A stretch of 54,822 bases of DNA from Thermoplasmatota archaeon (lineage in GTDB: Archaea; Thermoplasmatota; Penumbrarchaeia; Penumbrarchaeales; Penumbrarchaeaceae): NCBI GenBank assembly GCA_029762535.1, contig JARVGK010000020.1, forward strand, positions 1-54,822. Direction: 5' to 3'. Numbering within the stretch: position 1 is the stretch's first letter; the number at the start of each line of letters is the position of its first letter. Shown here one piece after another: positions 35,201-44,464 of the stretch. Position numbers and translations under genes: made by a program. The notes beneath the pieces were generated by a model that searched no databases, was not told where the DNA came from, and saw nothing but the letters and a program-made list of their open reading frames with translations.

Positions 35201-36160
35201 ATGACCGGCAAGATAGCATATCCCGTGGTCGAGGACATCGACCTGGAAACGGTTGGATCCGCCCACCAGCTGCTCGAACAGATGGGCAGGGGCGGGGGGT
35301 TCACCGCCAAGAAGCTGCATGAGGCCGCCTCTATCGTTCGTGACATGATAGGTAACGACTCCTGCTTCACCTTCCTATCATTCCCGGCCTGCATCATGTC
35401 AACAGGCCTCAGAGGGGTGCTCGTTCACATGGTCAGGAAGAAATGGGTGGATGCCATCATCACGACATGCGGGACCATCGATCACGACCTGGCCAGGATC
35501 TGGAGGGACTATCATCACGGCGATTTCGAGATGGACGACGCATCGCTTCACAGGAAGAGGATACACCGGTTGGGCAACGTTTTGATCCCCATGGACTCCT
35601 ACGGAGTGATACTGGAAAAGAAGGTAAGGACGATCATGGAGGACGTATGGAAGACCGGCATGAGGGAGTTCTCGACCCGTGAGATCGTCAAGGAGGTCGG
35701 TTCCAGGCTAGACGATGAGGGATCGCTCACGTACTGGGCGGCGAAGAACGACATACCGGTATTCATTCCGGGCCCCACCGATGGGTCCTTCGGCGCCCAG
35801 CTCTGGATGTGGAGGCAGACCCACAGGGACTTCAGGCTGGACCTTTTCAAGGACGAGCAGGATCTCGCCGACATCATATTCGATGCTAAGGAGACGGGGG
35901 CTCTGATGATCGGAGGCGGGATCTCCAAGCATCATGTCATCTGGTGGAACCAGTTCAGGGATGGCCTCGACTATGCGGTCTATATCACCACCGCCGTCGA
36001 ATGGGACGGATCCCTATCCGGGGCTCGGGTGAAAGAGGGGATCTCATGGGGCAAGGTCAAGGAGAAGGCACCGCAGGTGACGGTGGAGGGCGACGCGACA
36101 GTCCTCATGCCCCTGATGATGGCTTGGGTGAGGCAGGAGCTCGACGGAGGAGGACCTTGA
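35201..36160 (+). CDS. dys: Deoxyhypusine synthase (archaeal type)
   Basis: SFPACIMSTG, RLGNV, DGSFG, GGGISKHH, DGSLSGA, ISWGK. Confidence 0.93.
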   Translation: MTGKIAYPVVEDIDLETVGSAHQLLEQMGRGGGFTAKKLHEAASIVRDMIGNDSCFTFLSFPACIMSTGLRGVLVHMVRKKWVDAIITTCGTIDHDLARIWRDYHHGDFEMDDASLHRKRIHRLGNVLIPMDSYGVILEKKVRTIMEDVWKTGMREFSTREIVKEVGSRLDDEGSLTYWAAKNDIPVFIPGPTDGSFGAQLWMWRQTHRDFRLDLFKDEQDLADIIFDAKETGALMIGGGISKHHVIWWNQFRDGLDYAVYITTAVEWDGSLSGARVKEGISWGKVKEKAPQVTVEGDATVLMPLMMAWVRQELDGGGP

Positions 36161-37566
36161 TCGAATACCATCTGGGCATCGACAGCACCGACTCCCTGAA
36201 ACTCGGGATGTGCACTACCTATCTGGGTGCCAGGATCATAGAGGCCCTCGCTGGCATGGGTTGCGAATTCGAAAGGTCCCCCGATCTTGTCAGGCTGAAC
36301 CCGAACATCCCATGGAAGACCCGGGGTAACGGAGCTGTATGCATACGCATGATGCATGCGGAAGGGGGCGCTGAAGAGATCATGAGGGTCGCCCAGGGCC
36401 TCACCGATAAGCTGTCGGTTCTGGAGGACGAACAGGCCAACCCCGGCATAGCCCTTGTTACGGGATCGGTCCCTGAAGAGCTCAAGGACCTGTACATCAA
36501 AGCGGTGCACGAGGTCGTCGAGATAGAGTATGCCATATCCGTCGGTGAGCTTTGCGGGGCTTTGATGAAGGGATACAAGAATCGACGCGGGCTGATCGGG
36601 GCCCTCTCCGCAATAGGTGCGATGGATATGCCGAATTGGACATGGGAGACGATGGCCTACAGGGACCCCTATTCTAGAACGAGGGAGCGTATGGTCGATC
36701 CCTCTTCCATAGCCTCCTTATCCTTGAGATATCCGAGCACGTTCTTCAACATCGACGGCTCAGGAAAGCCCCTTTGTATCCCGCATTCCCCATGCCCCGT
36801 AATGTTCGGAATACGTGGGACGGATGCGGTGGATTCGCTGAAAGCCGCTTCCGAGGTGGCATGCTCTGGCATGGAGAGATGGGTGCTGTGGAGGACGAAC
36901 CAGCATACGGACGCACACATCGAGACCGTCGAGAACATTGACTATCTGAAGGAACTCTCCTCCGTTAGAATGAAGGGGGGGGTCGCCCGGCGCCCCTCCT
37001 ACCATCCTGGAGGGCATCTCAGTTTCTCTCTGGAGGACGGGCGAAACCATACGATCGATTGCTGGGCCTACGAACCGACCAAGGACTTCAGAAAGCGTCT
37101 CCGGGGCCTGATAGAAGGGGATGTCGTCGAGGTCTGGGGGGGCATCAGAGCCGAAGAGGACGGAATGCCTGCATGTATAAACCTCGAGAAGGTGCTGGTC
37201 ATCGAACTTGTACAATTAATGAAGAGGACGAACCCTCATTGCCCGGAATGCAAAGGACCCACCGAGTCCATGGGAAGAGGACAATCCCTCAGATGCAAGG
37301 CATGTGGGTTCAGGAATGGCACCCTCCACCCGGTCCTTCGACCAGTTGAACGAGATCTCTGCACAGGATTCATCGATCCTCCAGAGGTTGCCTGGAGGCA
37401 TCTTTACAGACCATCCTGGCTGGAATTCTCCAAAGAGCCGACGAAAACACCTGCATCTTTCTGGGGCAGGGGGCCGCTTTCACCGATAACGGGCGGCATG
37501 ATCTCTGTCAGGAGTGAAAGGAGTAATAGAGAGCAAGGGGTTAAGAAGAGAGGATTGAATGCGTGA
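36157..37566 (+). CDS. tiaS: tRNA(Ile2) agmatidine synthetase
   Basis: GIDSTDS..GMCTTY, LVRLNPNIPWKTRGNG, TNQHTD, GGH, AYEPT, Zn ribbon. TTG start overlapping the dys stop, after GGAGG. Confidence 0.95.
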   Translation: MIEYHLGIDSTDSLKLGMCTTYLGARIIEALAGMGCEFERSPDLVRLNPNIPWKTRGNGAVCIRMMHAEGGAEEIMRVAQGLTDKLSVLEDEQANPGIALVTGSVPEELKDLYIKAVHEVVEIEYAISVGELCGALMKGYKNRRGLIGALSAIGAMDMPNWTWETMAYRDPYSRTRERMVDPSSIASLSLRYPSTFFNIDGSGKPLCIPHSPCPVMFGIRGTDAVDSLKAASEVACSGMERWVLWRTNQHTDAHIETVENIDYLKELSSVRMKGGVARRPSYHPGGHLSFSLEDGRNHTIDCWAYEPTKDFRKRLRGLIEGDVVEVWGGIRAEEDGMPACINLEKVLVIELVQLMKRTNPHCPECKGPTESMGRGQSLRCKACGFRNGTLHPVLRPVERDLCTGFIDPPEVAWRHLYRPSWLEFSKEPTKTPASFWGRGPLSPITGGMISVRSERSNREQGVKKRGLNA

Positions 37567-37840
37567 TGAACAAAAAAAGTTCCTCGCTCTCTATTTTGTA
37601 TTGCACAATGCGTACACTGCGCATCTTGATAAAAGAATTGCATATATATTAACTTATTCCATAAATGTTCCAATACATCTCAATCGTCTGTCATGATGTC
37701 CAGATTATGACATGACATCAATAAAATTATAAACATCAATTATTACAACATGGTGATAATTCAAGGTTCGATCGCCATTCGATCTTTGGCTCAGGACGAT
37801 CCATGATCGGAACGGGCCCATCTTCAACAAAGGTTTTATA

Positions 37841-38032
37841 ATGGACCTGATATTGCCCCCCCTCATGCGCTATACAAGGTTCGAAAAGGCCAGGGTCATA
37901 GGGGCTAGAGGGCTTCAGATAGCGATGGGCGCACCGGTCCTCGTCGAGCTTCTCGAGACCTGTGTCGATCCAATAGAGATCGCGACCGTAGAATACGAAG
38001 AGGGCATGATCCCGATCTCCATAAAGAAGTAG
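37841..38032 (+). CDS. rpoK: RNA polymerase subunit Rpo6 (K)
   Basis: YTRFEKARVIGARGLQIAMGAP. Confidence 0.96.
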   Translation: MDLILPPLMRYTRFEKARVIGARGLQIAMGAPVLVELLETCVDPIEIATVEYEEGMIPISIKK

Positions 38033-38138
38033 GCGCGACCCTACCCAACACATCTTTTTTACATGGTGATCCATAAGGATAATGCCTATACGATCAGGGC
38101 CAGGACCGACCTCGACCCTTTACTTTGTGGATTTATCG

Positions 38139-39812
38139 TCACCCTTTGGGTTCCGGAGCCTTCAGAAGCAGGGCCAGGACTGCAGCGCTGAAGCATGCGA
38201 TCCCAGCTGGGATGAAAGCCCATGCCCACAGCTCCATGTCACCCATGACGCCTCCCAGTATGGGGCCGAGTATGCCTCCGAAACCGTAGGACAGGAAGAC
38301 CCAGCCGTAGTTCAGCCCTACGGTCTTGTTCCCGAAGAAATCCGCCGTTGCCGATGGGAAGAGGGCGAAATTGCCGCCGAAGTTGAAACCGATCAGGGCC
38401 GCCGCGAGATAGAGCAGATATTCGCTTCCGCCGACGAAGAAGAACGCTATCATGACGACCCCTTGCGATCCGAACATCAACGCGAAGGACAGCTTCCTTC
38501 CTAGCTTGTCGGACAAAGCCCCCCATATTATCCTGCCGAAACCGTTGCTCAGCGAATAGAACAGGGCAAAGGCCGTGCTCGCGATGGTCACCGCTTCAGC
38601 GGCAGCATAGCCGTTCTCCGTCAACGCATATTTCGCGAAGAGCTGGATGACCCCTATTACCATCAGGCCGGCACCGGCCCCCACCATGAACATGTAGAAG
38701 AGCATGTAATACTGCGGAGTCCTCTTCATCTGGGACGGGGTGAACTCATTGCTGCCTGACGCTTTCTTGGAGGTGGGTTCGGGCGGGTTCCATCCTGCAG
38801 GCTTCCAACCATCGGGCGGGTTCCGCATGATCAAGCCGCCCAGAACGACGATGACCATGAACATGATGCCGTAGAGAAGGAAAACGTTCGAGACGCTCAT
38901 AGTCTCATACAATCCCCCCCAATCGCCGGTCAGCTTCAGCGGTCCGAATATGAAGCCCGTGCATAGCTTCACCCAGATAAGAGCGCCAAAACCGAATCCA
39001 GCAACAGCGAGCCCGGAGATCAGACCCTTCTTGTCGGGGAACCATTTCACCCCGACGGCTATTGGGACGACGTATCCAAGGCCTATGCCTGCTCCTCCCA
39101 TCAGACCGATAGCGATGGTAAGTCCTATGAAGCTGTTTCCGAGGAACGAACCGATGATATAACCGGAACCGAGCACGACCCCACCGATTATCGCCATATT
39201 CCTCGGGCCGATCCTGGCCGATATCCTGCCTCCAATGATAGTAAAGACAGCGAACGTCAGCAAGCCGACCGCGAATATGATCTGGGTCTGGGTTATGGTG
39301 AATCCGAACTCTCCGGTCCTGACGTTCTGGAGGACCTCGAAAGTCTCGTTCTCGGCACCGTCCATCTTGATGATGAAATGCCAGCTGCCGCCCTTTGTGA
39401 CCTTCGGTGAAATCACGTAATGGTCACCATCGATCTCGACCGGCACGTCCTCCATAACGATGGGATCGCCTTTATGATAGGTAATTCCCAAATAGGGTAC
39501 GATCTTATCGTCCTTGACGGGCTCGTTCTCGCTGTTCCTGAGAGCGAGGTCCACAATGAGGGGCACATCATTTACGGGCTCTCCGTTCCTGAGCAATTTT
39601 ATCTCTATCTCAGATTCCGCGCCCACGACCAGGTCCCCTTCCAGTTCGACGGTCATGACGCCAGCGCTATCCACGTTGATGAAGTCCTCGTCCGGTAGCG
39701 GGTTCGAGAGCGGGGGCGTAAAAACGGACCACGCGTATATCGATCCCAGGGCCAACTGTATCATTATCGCTCCGACGACGATCAGCCATCTGTTGGGTAC
39801 TCCTCCTGCCAT
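38139..39812 (-). CDS. OFA (oxalate/formate antiporter-like) MFS transporter with a large insertion after TM1
   Basis: LGSIYAWSVF, KWFPDKKGLISGLAVAGFGFG, NGFGRIIWGALSDKLGR, FGGNFA, NYG. Confidence 0.9.
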   Translation of the reverse strand: MAGGVPNRWLIVVGAIMIQLALGSIYAWSVFTPPLSNPLPDEDFINVDSAGVMTVELEGDLVVGAESEIEIKLLRNGEPVNDVPLIVDLALRNSENEPVKDDKIVPYLGITYHKGDPIVMEDVPVEIDGDHYVISPKVTKGGSWHFIIKMDGAENETFEVLQNVRTGEFGFTITQTQIIFAVGLLTFAVFTIIGGRISARIGPRNMAIIGGVVLGSGYIIGSFLGNSFIGLTIAIGLMGGAGIGLGYVVPIAVGVKWFPDKKGLISGLAVAGFGFGALIWVKLCTGFIFGPLKLTGDWGGLYETMSVSNVFLLYGIMFMVIVVLGGLIMRNPPDGWKPAGWNPPEPTSKKASGSNEFTPSQMKRTPQYYMLFYMFMVGAGAGLMVIGVIQLFAKYALTENGYAAAEAVTIASTAFALFYSLSNGFGRIIWGALSDKLGRKLSFALMFGSQGVVMIAFFFVGGSEYLLYLAAALIGFNFGGNFALFPSATADFFGNKTVGLNYGWVFLSYGFGGILGPILGGVMGDMELWAWAFIPAGIACFSAAVLALLLKAPEPKG

Positions 39813-40040
39813 GAACCTTATTCCCCCTTGTCATTAATGCGTTATGAAAAGCCGAAAACGAACCCGACCTGACACATCAGCGTGATTACCCCCCTGAATA
39901 TAATCATTTCCCCGGGGAGACAGGATGTGAAGGGAACCCTTACTCTTCCCGCTAATCGGAGGCTGCAATCGATCCTTGAGGGATGGTCACCACCGTACTC
40001 ATGCGAAAAAAATATCTCCAAGAGAGTACAATCATCATAC

Positions 40041-40298
40041 ATGCTTCGAGGTTTCATAATGGTGGAATGTGAGGTCGGCAAGGAGCTCTCGGCCTATGAG
40101 AGCCTGAAAAAGCTCACCTGGATAACCGAGGTCCATCCCCTGTTCGGGGAATACGATTTCATCCTCAGGGTCCAGGCCAACGACCCCGACGAACTGGCAG
40201 GACACATAATCGATGAGCTGAGGGCGATACCCGGCGTGATCACCACCAGGACCTACATGGAGGCCTCCTTCGGAGGCGTCCCTGTAGATAAGACGTGA
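40041..40298 (+). CDS. Stand-alone Lrp/AsnC ligand-binding (RAM) domain protein
   Basis: EVHPLFGEYDFI, IPGVITTRT. Confidence 0.88.
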   Translation: MLRGFIMVECEVGKELSAYESLKKLTWITEVHPLFGEYDFILRVQANDPDELAGHIIDELRAIPGVITTRTYMEASFGGVPVDKT

Positions 40299-40328
40299 TC
40301 ACCTCTTCAAAGCCCCCTTAACATTGCT

Positions 40329-40991
40329 TCATTGGGGGATCTCGGGGAAGACACCGGGAGGAAGGACGCCGGGCCTCCAATGGGGGTCATCTATCAGAGG
40401 CCCTCCAGGTTCTCCCCGGGGGAGCGGGTTTCCAGCCATCTTCAGTATGATATCACATAGCTTCGCCCTTGAGGAAGGGTCCATGATATCGAATGCGAGC
40501 ATTCCCTCGATGGACCCGTGAACGGATGCTGACGGTCCGGAGATGCCAATTATCCTTTCTTTGCCTATACCTCTTACGGCCACTGTCTCGTCGAAGTGCT
40601 GCGGGGATCTCAAGGAGAGGACAACTGGTAGCCCTCTTGAGATATCCACCACTCCCTCGCAAATCACGAACTGCACCCTGTCTCCGAAGAGCGGCATGAC
40701 CTCCTTCAACTCCTTCCTTTTTCCTGGATGTCGTTCGATACTTACCGTCTGCTCCATGGATAGGGATACAGTGAAGGACGCCCCCGCATCCCCGTGCCTG
40801 CATGTGTCCTTCCCCTTGACATCCATATCGAACCTGGACATTAGCATGGACTTGATCGTTCCCACCAGGTAACCCCTGCTCCTCAATTCCGCGACAATAC
40901 CCTCCACGACGGAGGTCTTTCCGGATTTCTTCAATCCAGCGACGTTCACGGAAAAGGGCGCGTTCGATGGCAGTGAAGGCCCGTCAAGCAT
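40329..40991 (-). CDS. mobB: MobB-like P-loop GTPase (molybdopterin-guanine dinucleotide biosynthesis B)
   Basis: GLKKSGKTS, GYLVGTIK, DVKGKDT.RH..AGA, VICEG. Confidence 0.8.
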   Translation of the reverse strand: MLDGPSLPSNAPFSVNVAGLKKSGKTSVVEGIVAELRSRGYLVGTIKSMLMSRFDMDVKGKDTCRHGDAGASFTVSLSMEQTVSIERHPGKRKELKEVMPLFGDRVQFVICEGVVDISRGLPVVLSLRSPQHFDETVAVRGIGKERIIGISGPSASVHGSIEGMLAFDIMDPSSRAKLCDIILKMAGNPLPRGEPGGPLIDDPHWRPGVLPPGVFPEIPQ

Positions 40992-41062
40992 TTTCGCCAG
41001 AGCTCCTAAATGATAACAACAATGTGATTGATTACTTATACCTAGCATGAAATACCACAACG

Positions 41063-41692
41063 ATGGCGGTCAGCGTCAGTATAACGGTCGGAGACGGCGG
41101 GAGGGGGGTCGTTGGAAAAGGACGAATAACTCTCCTCAAGCTCATAGAGGAGAGGGGAAGCCTCCGAAAGGCCGCCATGGATATGGGCATGTCCTACCGG
41201 AACGCCTGGGGCGTGATCAGGCACATCGAGGAGCAGCTGGATATCAGGATGGTCGAATCCAGCAGGGGAGGTGCCAACGGCGGTAGGACCCGACTGACCT
41301 ACGAGGCGAGGAAGATGATAGATGAATACGATAGCGCCAGAGAGAGGGTGGACAAGGCCCTCGCGGGGGTCTTGGTCCACGCAGAGGTGCTGCTTGTGAT
41401 AAAGGGCGAGGAGAACGGATACCTTTCCATCGAAGGCAGGCTCCCCAGGGGATCGATCACCGAGAACCGGCCCGTTCCGGCGGTCATATCCGAACTGATA
41501 GGATCCCTCGGGATCAGGCCAGACCGGATAAGGGGCCCCAAGGTCATTTCCGGCCCCGGGGAGGAGGGATTGAAGCTCGTTTTCCAGATGGTCACGGAGG
41601 GGATCCCCTCCGGGGAATGGACGGCGCTGACGAACCTCGACGATAACGATCGTGAGGCGGTCCGGCTCTTCATCGAGCCATCTATCGGATAA
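41063..41692 (+). CDS. ModE-like winged-helix regulator with an unrecognised C-terminal domain
   Basis: GRITLL..IEERGSLRKAA..MGMSYRNAW, SRGGANGGRTRLT. Confidence 0.85.
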   Translation: MAVSVSITVGDGGRGVVGKGRITLLKLIEERGSLRKAAMDMGMSYRNAWGVIRHIEEQLDIRMVESSRGGANGGRTRLTYEARKMIDEYDSARERVDKALAGVLVHAEVLLVIKGEENGYLSIEGRLPRGSITENRPVPAVISELIGSLGIRPDRIRGPKVISGPGEEGLKLVFQMVTEGIPSGEWTALTNLDDNDREAVRLFIEPSIG

Positions 41693-41755
41693 TAGCTTAG
41701 AACGAGAAGCAAAGGGCCCGATCCTGCCCTCCACGACTATATCGGAAAAACAGGT

Positions 41756-42322
41756 TCATTCGCCTGATGAAGGCCCTTTACCCTCCAGGGAAGGCCTGTA
41801 CACATATCCGGTATTCTCCAGCATTTCTATTGGATCCCCTTTTTCAAAAAATTCGACCGGCACCATCAGCCGGCATCGGGGACAGGAAAGGACGAGCCTC
41901 GCGAATGGGTTTACAGGATCCCTGCATCGGGGGCATACCTCCCTCCATTCTACGCTGAAGCTCGAGAAGAACATATGTCCTTTCTGGCATCTCCACGGCT
42001 GGAATGTGATCCTGGCCCGGGTCAACGCATGCTCCTCGCCGGATGGGCCGCTCCCCGTCATCCTCCCCTTATGGTAATGGTCCCTGGTCTCCTTCGAGAG
42101 CACCTCCACGGCCTCGCCGCATATACCGCAGGACAGCCCGGTTACGGCCCGGAACGGCCCCTGGACCAGCTGGCTTCTGCGGGCCGCTTCCGCGTCCCGG
42201 CGCATCTTCCTCTCAAGCTCGGACCTGAGGTCCGCCCCGCACCTATGACAGGCTTTCCTGGATGGATCGCTGTTGTAGGCCGAGCATCTGGGGCAATACT
42301 GGATCGGTACAGGGGTTGACAT
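41756..42322 (-). CDS. Multi-zinc-ribbon hypothetical protein
   Basis: CPRC, CHRC, CGIC, CQKGH, CPRC, CPRC. Confidence 0.7.
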   Translation of the reverse strand: MSTPVPIQYCPRCSAYNSDPSRKACHRCGADLRSELERKMRRDAEAARRSQLVQGPFRAVTGLSCGICGEAVEVLSKETRDHYHKGRMTGSGPSGEEHALTRARITFQPWRCQKGHMFFSSFSVEWREVCPRCRDPVNPFARLVLSCPRCRLMVPVEFFEKGDPIEMLENTGYVYRPSLEGKGPSSGE

Positions 42323-42544
42323 CCTGTTGGTCTAATTCGCAGGTATTTAAAAAACCTAATCCCTACGATATCCCGTCATCGGAACGCATGGTATCCATTG
42401 ATCAACTGTCCCATATAGGAGACTATCATGCAGGACCGTTGCATAACTATCCCGAAAACGAATGATATTCGGGACCGACATGGGAGATGATAATATGACA
42501 AGCAGGAAATTATAAACAGAAGTTCCATTTACAGGGGGCTCATC

Positions 42545-43780
42545 ATGATAGTGTTCATATTCATCATGCTGCTGCTCGCGGCTTCCCTCCTCTTCGGGAA
42601 GATCGCCGAGAGGATGGAACAGCCCCCCATAGTCGGAAACATCATAGGAGGTATCGTTTTCGGGCCTCTGTTCCTGGCACTTCTCAAATGGCTTTACGGC
42701 ATGATCGAGATTCCTGATATCAAGGTCCTCTACACATTACTGGACCCTGACCTCATGGCCCCCGAGGTGGAATTCCTCCTGGACTTCTCCGTAGTCGTCC
42801 TCATGTTCGCATCCGGGTTCGAGACCAGGATCAGGGACTTCATAGCCTCTTTCAGAAGGGGGATCGTCACTGCGTCCATTGGCGTCGTTCTCCCATTCGC
42901 TCTCGGGTTCATCGGGACCTACCTTTACCTGGGCGACTGGATCATTTCCCTTTATGTCGGAGGCGCCCTGTCCATTACGGCAGTTGCCCTCTCTGTGGCC
43001 TCGCTCATCAACATCGACGCCATACACACCCGTTTCGGCATGACGATAATAAACGCCGCCATCGTGGATGATATCATCGGCATACTGCTTCTGACAGTCA
43101 TCCTATCCATATCAAGGACGGGGCGGGTCCCAGGGGTATCGTTCCTCCTCGGGATCTTCGTGCTCGCAGTGATATTCGTCCTGTTCGTGCTCTTCCTCTC
43201 GCCAATGCTTTTGAAACTGATATACAGGAGGTCAAGGGAACTGAGATCAACCGAGGGGCTCGGCATCACCATACTGGTGGCCGCCCTGTTCGGATTCATA
43301 GCCCATATCATGGGGCTGCACCTGATGATAGGAGCCTTCCTGGGAGGCATGGCCGTGAGGGAGACTCTCAGCAAGAGAGTGCAACAGTCTATCAAGAAAT
43401 GGGCCTTTGGCTTCTTCGCCCCGATCTTCTTCGCCTACGTGGGTTACTCCGTGACCCTCTCAGGAGCCGCCATATCCCCTCTTCTCCCGCTGATAATCGT
43501 CCTCGGATTCATTGGAAAGGTGTTCGGAGCCGGCATCGGCGCCAAGATATCCGGACTGAAATGGTCCGAATCGCTGCTTGTCGGACTCGGCATGAACGGG
43601 AGGGCGGCCGTGGACCTCATCCTGGCATCCGTTGCCCTGAACGCCGGCATGATAGGAAGGGACCTGTTCTCCGTCCTCGTCCTTAACGCAGGGGTCATGG
43701 CCGTGCTCACGCCCATTTTGATAAAGGCCACCTATAAGAGGTTCTCCAAAAGGGGATGGATAGAGGGGAACGGATCATAG
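42545..43780 (+). CDS. Cation:proton antiporter (CPA2/NapA-like)
   Basis: ALSITAV, AAIVDDIIG, GAFLGG, PIFF, GMNGR. Confidence 0.92.
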   Translation: MIVFIFIMLLLAASLLFGKIAERMEQPPIVGNIIGGIVFGPLFLALLKWLYGMIEIPDIKVLYTLLDPDLMAPEVEFLLDFSVVVLMFASGFETRIRDFIASFRRGIVTASIGVVLPFALGFIGTYLYLGDWIISLYVGGALSITAVALSVASLINIDAIHTRFGMTIINAAIVDDIIGILLLTVILSISRTGRVPGVSFLLGIFVLAVIFVLFVLFLSPMLLKLIYRRSRELRSTEGLGITILVAALFGFIAHIMGLHLMIGAFLGGMAVRETLSKRVQQSIKKWAFGFFAPIFFAYVGYSVTLSGAAISPLLPLIIVLGFIGKVFGAGIGAKISGLKWSESLLVGLGMNGRAAVDLILASVALNAGMIGRDLFSVLVLNAGVMAVLTPILIKATYKRFSKRGWIEGNGS

Positions 43781-43784
43781 CCCT

Positions 43785-44318
43785 TCATCCGGCGTTCTCC
43801 AGGACCTCGGACCATTTCATGACCTTCTTGAACTGGAGTATTATGGATTTGATAGTAAGCTCGCCGACGAGCCTTCCGCCCTTTACGACCGGGAGCCTTT
43901 TCAGGTGATGCCTCTTCATCTTGAGAAGCGCCTGGCCCACGCTGGCCTTCGGCGAGACCGTGACCAGGTCAGATATCATCATGTCCTCGGCGCACTCGAT
44001 CCCTCCGAACACCATGGAGCGGAACGTCGATCCCGAGATCGAGAACTGGTACGGGTCCAGCTTCCTGGGCGCGATCACGTCGACAAGGTCCCTTTCCGTG
44101 ATGAGGCCCAGAAGCTCCCTCCTCTTCAGGTCCTTGATCACCCATATATGCTTCCTGGTGCTCAGTATCCCTATGACCTCCTCGATGGATGTGTCAGGAG
44201 TGACCATGCACATGTCCCACATCTTGTCCTTCATAACCGTCTCGACGTCGATCTGATGGAACTGCTTTAGCATCCTCGAGAGGTTCGGCGTCTTCCCGTG
44301 CTTCATTGGCTGCGTCAC
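43785..44318 (-). CDS. CBS-domain pair protein
   Basis: LLGLITERDL, RLPVV..GRLVG. Confidence 0.88.
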   Translation of the reverse strand: MTQPMKHGKTPNLSRMLKQFHQIDVETVMKDKMWDMCMVTPDTSIEEVIGILSTRKHIWVIKDLKRRELLGLITERDLVDVIAPRKLDPYQFSISGSTFRSMVFGGIECAEDMMISDLVTVSPKASVGQALLKMKRHHLKRLPVVKGGRLVGELTIKSIILQFKKVMKWSEVLENAG

Positions 44319-44464
44319 CTTATCCCTTCATCCGGGCATTCCGGCAAGGAACGCGAACCGGCACACATGTATATAAAATCCACTTCGAATCCGTATTTTA
44401 TATCTAAAAAACTATAAATACAACCCTACGGGATGGTCATGGCCCATATATGGGAGGATATATC

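Noticed and set aside
35944-36156. N-terminal extension of tiaS
   Set aside because: Overlaps dys. The real start is TTG 36157 after GGAGG.
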